Shown: in pieces, positions 7,795 to 10,657 of the stretch | How the letters are laid out: each line of letters opens with the position of its first letter | Position numbering within the stretch: the stretch's first letter is position 1 | NCBI GenBank assembly: GCA_036339875.1 | Contig: JAYZAC010000077.1 | Span: forward strand, 1-10,657 | From: a bacterium | GTDB taxonomy: Bacteria; Muiribacteriota; UBA6191 | Direction of reading: 5' to 3' | Length of the DNA stretch: 10,657 nucleotides | The notes under the pieces: generated by a model | The model's database searches: none | The model's input: only the letters and a program-made list of their open reading frames with translations | Told to the model about the DNA's origin: nothing | Position numbers and translations under genes: made by a program

Positions 7795-10566
7795 CTAATC
7801 TTCAAGATTAGCTATTTTAACGGAATCACCCCAACCAAGGACCGCAAATTGTCTACCTGTCTGCTCTAATAACTTATAGGCGCGTCGATAAGAACCTCGC
7901 ATAGATGGCTCCTTCTGTCCAAGTTCAGCAATATGCATTGGAATAACAACATCCGGTCCAATTAATTCCAAAACTTCAAAGAAAGCATTCTCTGAACTGT
8001 TTGACTCAAAAGGCAATGGTGCTAATAAAATATCAATCGGTTGAAGAGATTTTAATCGTGTCCTGATCTCTGGTGTCTTAACGCACAACTCGTAATCAAG
8101 TTCGCCTAGATGAAGTAAACTTAACTTTTCTAAAATAGATACTTTGTATACTCGCATATCAAGATCGGTGGTATGTCGCATCCTAAATGGAAGATCTAAA
8201 GCTTCAATATTTACCGGAATATTACCGCGACCTAAAGAATATAAATCTCTTATTTCGCTAGGTTCAAAACCTATAACACCGTTTATACAAAGATTTTCCA
8301 TACCAGAGGGAACAGCCACCAGTTTATCCGCACCTATCATCCGGTTAACAACCTCGAGATCGAGATGATCAGGCAAACGGTGCGACACAAAGGCCATATC
8401 TAATAAGTCACTCAGTTCTTCAAAAATCAGTGGATCAATTTTCCAAAAAAGCTCCCATACATGTTTGGTGGATACAACATCCATACCAAAATTCATACTA
8501 GGTGTCTGAATAATATAGCCACAATTATAAAGTTGATGTAAAAAGATTCCATCGCTTACTTGACGATCTCTTAAATTATCTAAAACATGATTCATTCTTC
8601 GTTGATAAAAACCTTGCACATGAGGGCTTTTAGATACCGAGTCACCCTGAAAAAGATCGTCGATTTGCTCCAGAATTTTTCGATGTTGAGATGCTTCATA
8701 CTTCACACTCTTAATTTCGGATAATTCAGATTCAAGACTCTTCAAAGTCTCTCTTGTTTTTGGGGAACCATAAATATGCAGTAGAGAGTTAAAACCCCCA
8801 TATCCATCATATAGTCTATCTGCATTCTGCGGATCATCAATCCAGCGCTCTCCATCCACCAAAAACTTATAAGTGTAGGTCCCCATTTCAGGTAGTTCTA
8901 TTTTAATCGAACGACCGCCATGGCGACGTTTACGCATTTTATGCTTCCCTAGAGTCCAATTATTAAAACTACCCAGAACTTCTACCGACTCTGCCTGACC
9001 CTCATAAGATAGCGTAGCTATATTGTCTATAACAGATGGATATTCAAATCCAATTGAATTAACTCTTTTCTTGGCGGCATCTATTGCTGCTCTTGGCTGT
9101 ACAACTCCACAACCTTGAGCCTCAACTGGAACATTACCAATACGCTCAGCTGTCTCCATCAAAATAGCTTTAACATTATTAGGACTTAGTTCAGGATTTA
9201 CCTCCAACATTTGAGCGATAATACTGCATATTATTGGAGCTGAGAAACTGGTACCATCCACATGCTGATAATAAGGTGAGACTAACTTATATTCCGCTAA
9301 TTTTCTGTTAATTGCGTTTAAAATTTCGTGTGGCTGCAAATGGTTAACTTTTGATGACCAAGGTATGACGGCTCGATTATCATGAAATCGAGCCATAAAT
9401 TCGTGCTCAGGTGTACTATTAGCTAGATGCCACAATGTTTCTGCTTCTCTGTAAAAAGCAGTCCCTGGCAAAGTCGGAGCGGCTACCCAAATACCCGGAG
9501 CAATGATTTCTGGTTTCATTATTCCGTCAGCAGTTCGCCCGAAACTTGAATGGTACATTCCGTGATCACCCTTATTCAGTGAATTACGATCATCCAAACC
9601 ACCCACGGTTATAACACTTGGCGAATTCCCAGGTGGCGTGATGGAAGCATGACTGTCATTCCCGGCAGCAACAACTACATTAATGCCAGCTTGAACAGCC
9701 TCTTCAGCAGCATGATTAATTAATGATTCTCTAAAACTTCCATCGCCATCCATTCCGAGAGAGATATTTATCACTCGTAAGTTATAACGCTTTTTTTTCC
9801 TTATGCACCACTCAATAGCCTGAACTATTGCTTCAGTAGTAAACCCATATTCACCACAAACTTTCAATAACGCCACATTCGCATCATGAGCTATACCCTT
9901 ATATAGACCTTTACTTAGATATCCATTCCCAACCGCACTAACGCATGTCTGCATACCGTGCCAACTCATTACATCAGGTTTTTCAAAATCTGATTTGGGT
10001 CTGTAAGGTGAGGCCAAATCTTTATAAGCAACTACTCTTCGATGAGGTCTCATAATATCGGGATGTGGGTAAAAACCTCCGTCTAAAAAAGCAATACAAA
10101 TTCCTTTTCCCGAATAACGTGGATCTGAATTTAATCTCAATGGAGTAGGTAGAACTTTAAATTCATCAGATGAACAAATAACGCGATTAGCACGTAATCT
10201 ACTTACAAAGTCTCGGTCTAAACCTTCGCGCATAAAGTTGTAGGGATCTTTGCTAACTCGATTCTTAAATTCTACCGTGAAAAGTTCATTTTGCTCATCT
10301 AATTCTCCGAGACGCAGATTAAGCTGCTCACGCAACAAATGAGGAAGATTATATTTTTCTGATTGCTCGAGTAAATTAGAAGCCGAGTTATAATTCAGCT
10401 CTAAGACCTCAGGTCCTGACAGATGGGTACTGTAATAAAGCTGTAGAAACAAAAACTTTTCCCGCTTGAATGGTTCGAGATTACCTTGATTCTCAAGAAG
10501 AGAATAAGCCTGATAACGCAATTTACGATCTTTAGAAAGGTTGTCGAATAATGATTTTAACTTCAT
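7795..10566 (-). CDS. Multidomain protein: unknown N-terminal region + S8 (AprX-like) serine peptidase + AMPK-beta/CBM48-like glycogen-binding domain + degenerate MBL-fold domain
   Basis: S8 region (aa ~138-500): GKGICIAFLDGG (D162), WHGMQ (H203), VINISLG, VVVAAGN (N303), VITVGG, KPEIIAPG, DGTSFSAP (S440). CBM region (aa ~515-598): AESVEVLGSFNNW, GTYTYKFLVDGERWIDDP, DGYGGFNS. MBL-fold region (aa ~672-919): LYNCGYIIQT..FGMD, DMAFVSHRLPDHLD, LLHLGE, IDILL, PDVVIPMH. No signal peptide is evident. Confidence 0.88.
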   Translation of the reverse strand: MKLKSLFDNLSKDRKLRYQAYSLLENQGNLEPFKREKFLFLQLYYSTHLSGPEVLELNYNSASNLLEQSEKYNLPHLLREQLNLRLGELDEQNELFTVEFKNRVSKDPYNFMREGLDRDFVSRLRANRVICSSDEFKVLPTPLRLNSDPRYSGKGICIAFLDGGFYPHPDIMRPHRRVVAYKDLASPYRPKSDFEKPDVMSWHGMQTCVSAVGNGYLSKGLYKGIAHDANVALLKVCGEYGFTTEAIVQAIEWCIRKKKRYNLRVINISLGMDGDGSFRESLINHAAEEAVQAGINVVVAAGNDSHASITPPGNSPSVITVGGLDDRNSLNKGDHGMYHSSFGRTADGIMKPEIIAPGIWVAAPTLPGTAFYREAETLWHLANSTPEHEFMARFHDNRAVIPWSSKVNHLQPHEILNAINRKLAEYKLVSPYYQHVDGTSFSAPIICSIIAQMLEVNPELSPNNVKAILMETAERIGNVPVEAQGCGVVQPRAAIDAAKKRVNSIGFEYPSVIDNIATLSYEGQAESVEVLGSFNNWTLGKHKMRKRRHGGRSIKIELPEMGTYTYKFLVDGERWIDDPQNADRLYDGYGGFNSLLHIYGSPKTRETLKSLESELSEIKSVKYEASQHRKILEQIDDLFQGDSVSKSPHVQGFYQRRMNHVLDNLRDRQVSDGIFLHQLYNCGYIIQTPSMNFGMDVVSTKHVWELFWKIDPLIFEELSDLLDMAFVSHRLPDHLDLEVVNRMIGADKLVAVPSGMENLCINGVIGFEPSEIRDLYSLGRGNIPVNIEALDLPFRMRHTTDLDMRVYKVSILEKLSLLHLGELDYELCVKTPEIRTRLKSLQPIDILLAPLPFESNSSENAFFEVLELIGPDVVIPMHIAELGQKEPSMRGSYRRAYKLLEQTGRQFAVLGWGDSVKIANLED

Positions 10567-10657
10567 GCATCCTCCAATCCCTGCTCGCGATCATCCCACG
10601 GAATCACGAATTGGCGGTAGTACCACAAAACTTTCTCGGGCGAGTCTTTCCAAGCAG
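10563..10657 (-). CDS. 3' end of an unidentified upstream CDS (partial; enters from the right edge)
   Basis: An open frame reads ..AWKDSPEKVLWYYRQFVIPWDDREQGLEDA-stop. Its TGA (10565-10563) overlaps the next gene's ATG as ATGA, the same coupling seen at aroB/aroDE and aroDE/aroK. Only 30 codons are visible. Confidence 0.6.
   Translation of the reverse strand, partial: AWKDSPEKVLWYYRQFVIPWDDREQGLEDA
10571..10575 (-). promoter_or_regulatory. Shine-Dalgarno site for the 923-aa gene
   Basis: The minus strand reads GGAGG-ATGC-ATG, a 4-nt spacing to the ATG at 10566. Confidence 0.7.

Noticed and set aside
3959..8368. Plus-strand ORFs 3959-4165, 4547-4744, 4672-5097, 7285-7614 and 8144-8368
   Set aside because: All lie antisense to well-supported genes, carry no recognisable motifs and look like shadow frames.
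7810..8553. Calling the C-terminal domain a beta-lactamase (antibiotic resistance)
   Set aside because: It shares only the fold. It is cytoplasmic, fused, lacks an intact HxHxD motif and resembles non-lactamase members.
9790..9798. A8 run giving an in-frame A AAA AAG heptamer in the protease gene (RKKKR)
   Set aside because: A -1 shift would hit TAA two codons later and cut the protease before its catalytic Ser. No strong downstream hairpin is evident, and Lys-codon runs are expected in AT-rich DNA.
7795..10566. Interpreting the protease + MBL fusion as an anti-phage defence system
   Set aside because: Protease and MBL domains do occur in defence systems, but here the MBL metal motif is degenerate, the neighbours are housekeeping genes, and no ATPase/STAND sensor or mobile-element context is visible. 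Not excluded, but unsupported.

Overview
An AT-rich bacterial window with every supportable gene on the minus strand, tightly packed like one operon. In transcription order (right to left): the 3' end of an unidentified CDS; a 923-aa multidomain protein; aroB; a fused aroD(type I)-aroE; aroK/L; aroC; a 708-aa, probably exported, TPR protein; and dnaX, which runs off the left edge and is absent from the ORF track. The standout is the 923-aa protein. It has no signal peptide and joins an intact subtilisin-family (S8, AprX-like) protease, an AMPK-beta-like glycogen-binding (CBM48-type) module with its sugar-binding residues retained, and a C-terminal metallo-beta-lactamase-fold domain with a degenerate metal motif (HxLxDH). 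I do not recognise this three-domain architecture as characterised, but novelty cannot be confirmed without a database search. No RNA genes, CRISPR arrays, mobile elements or intrinsic terminators were seen. All assignments come from manual motif reading.
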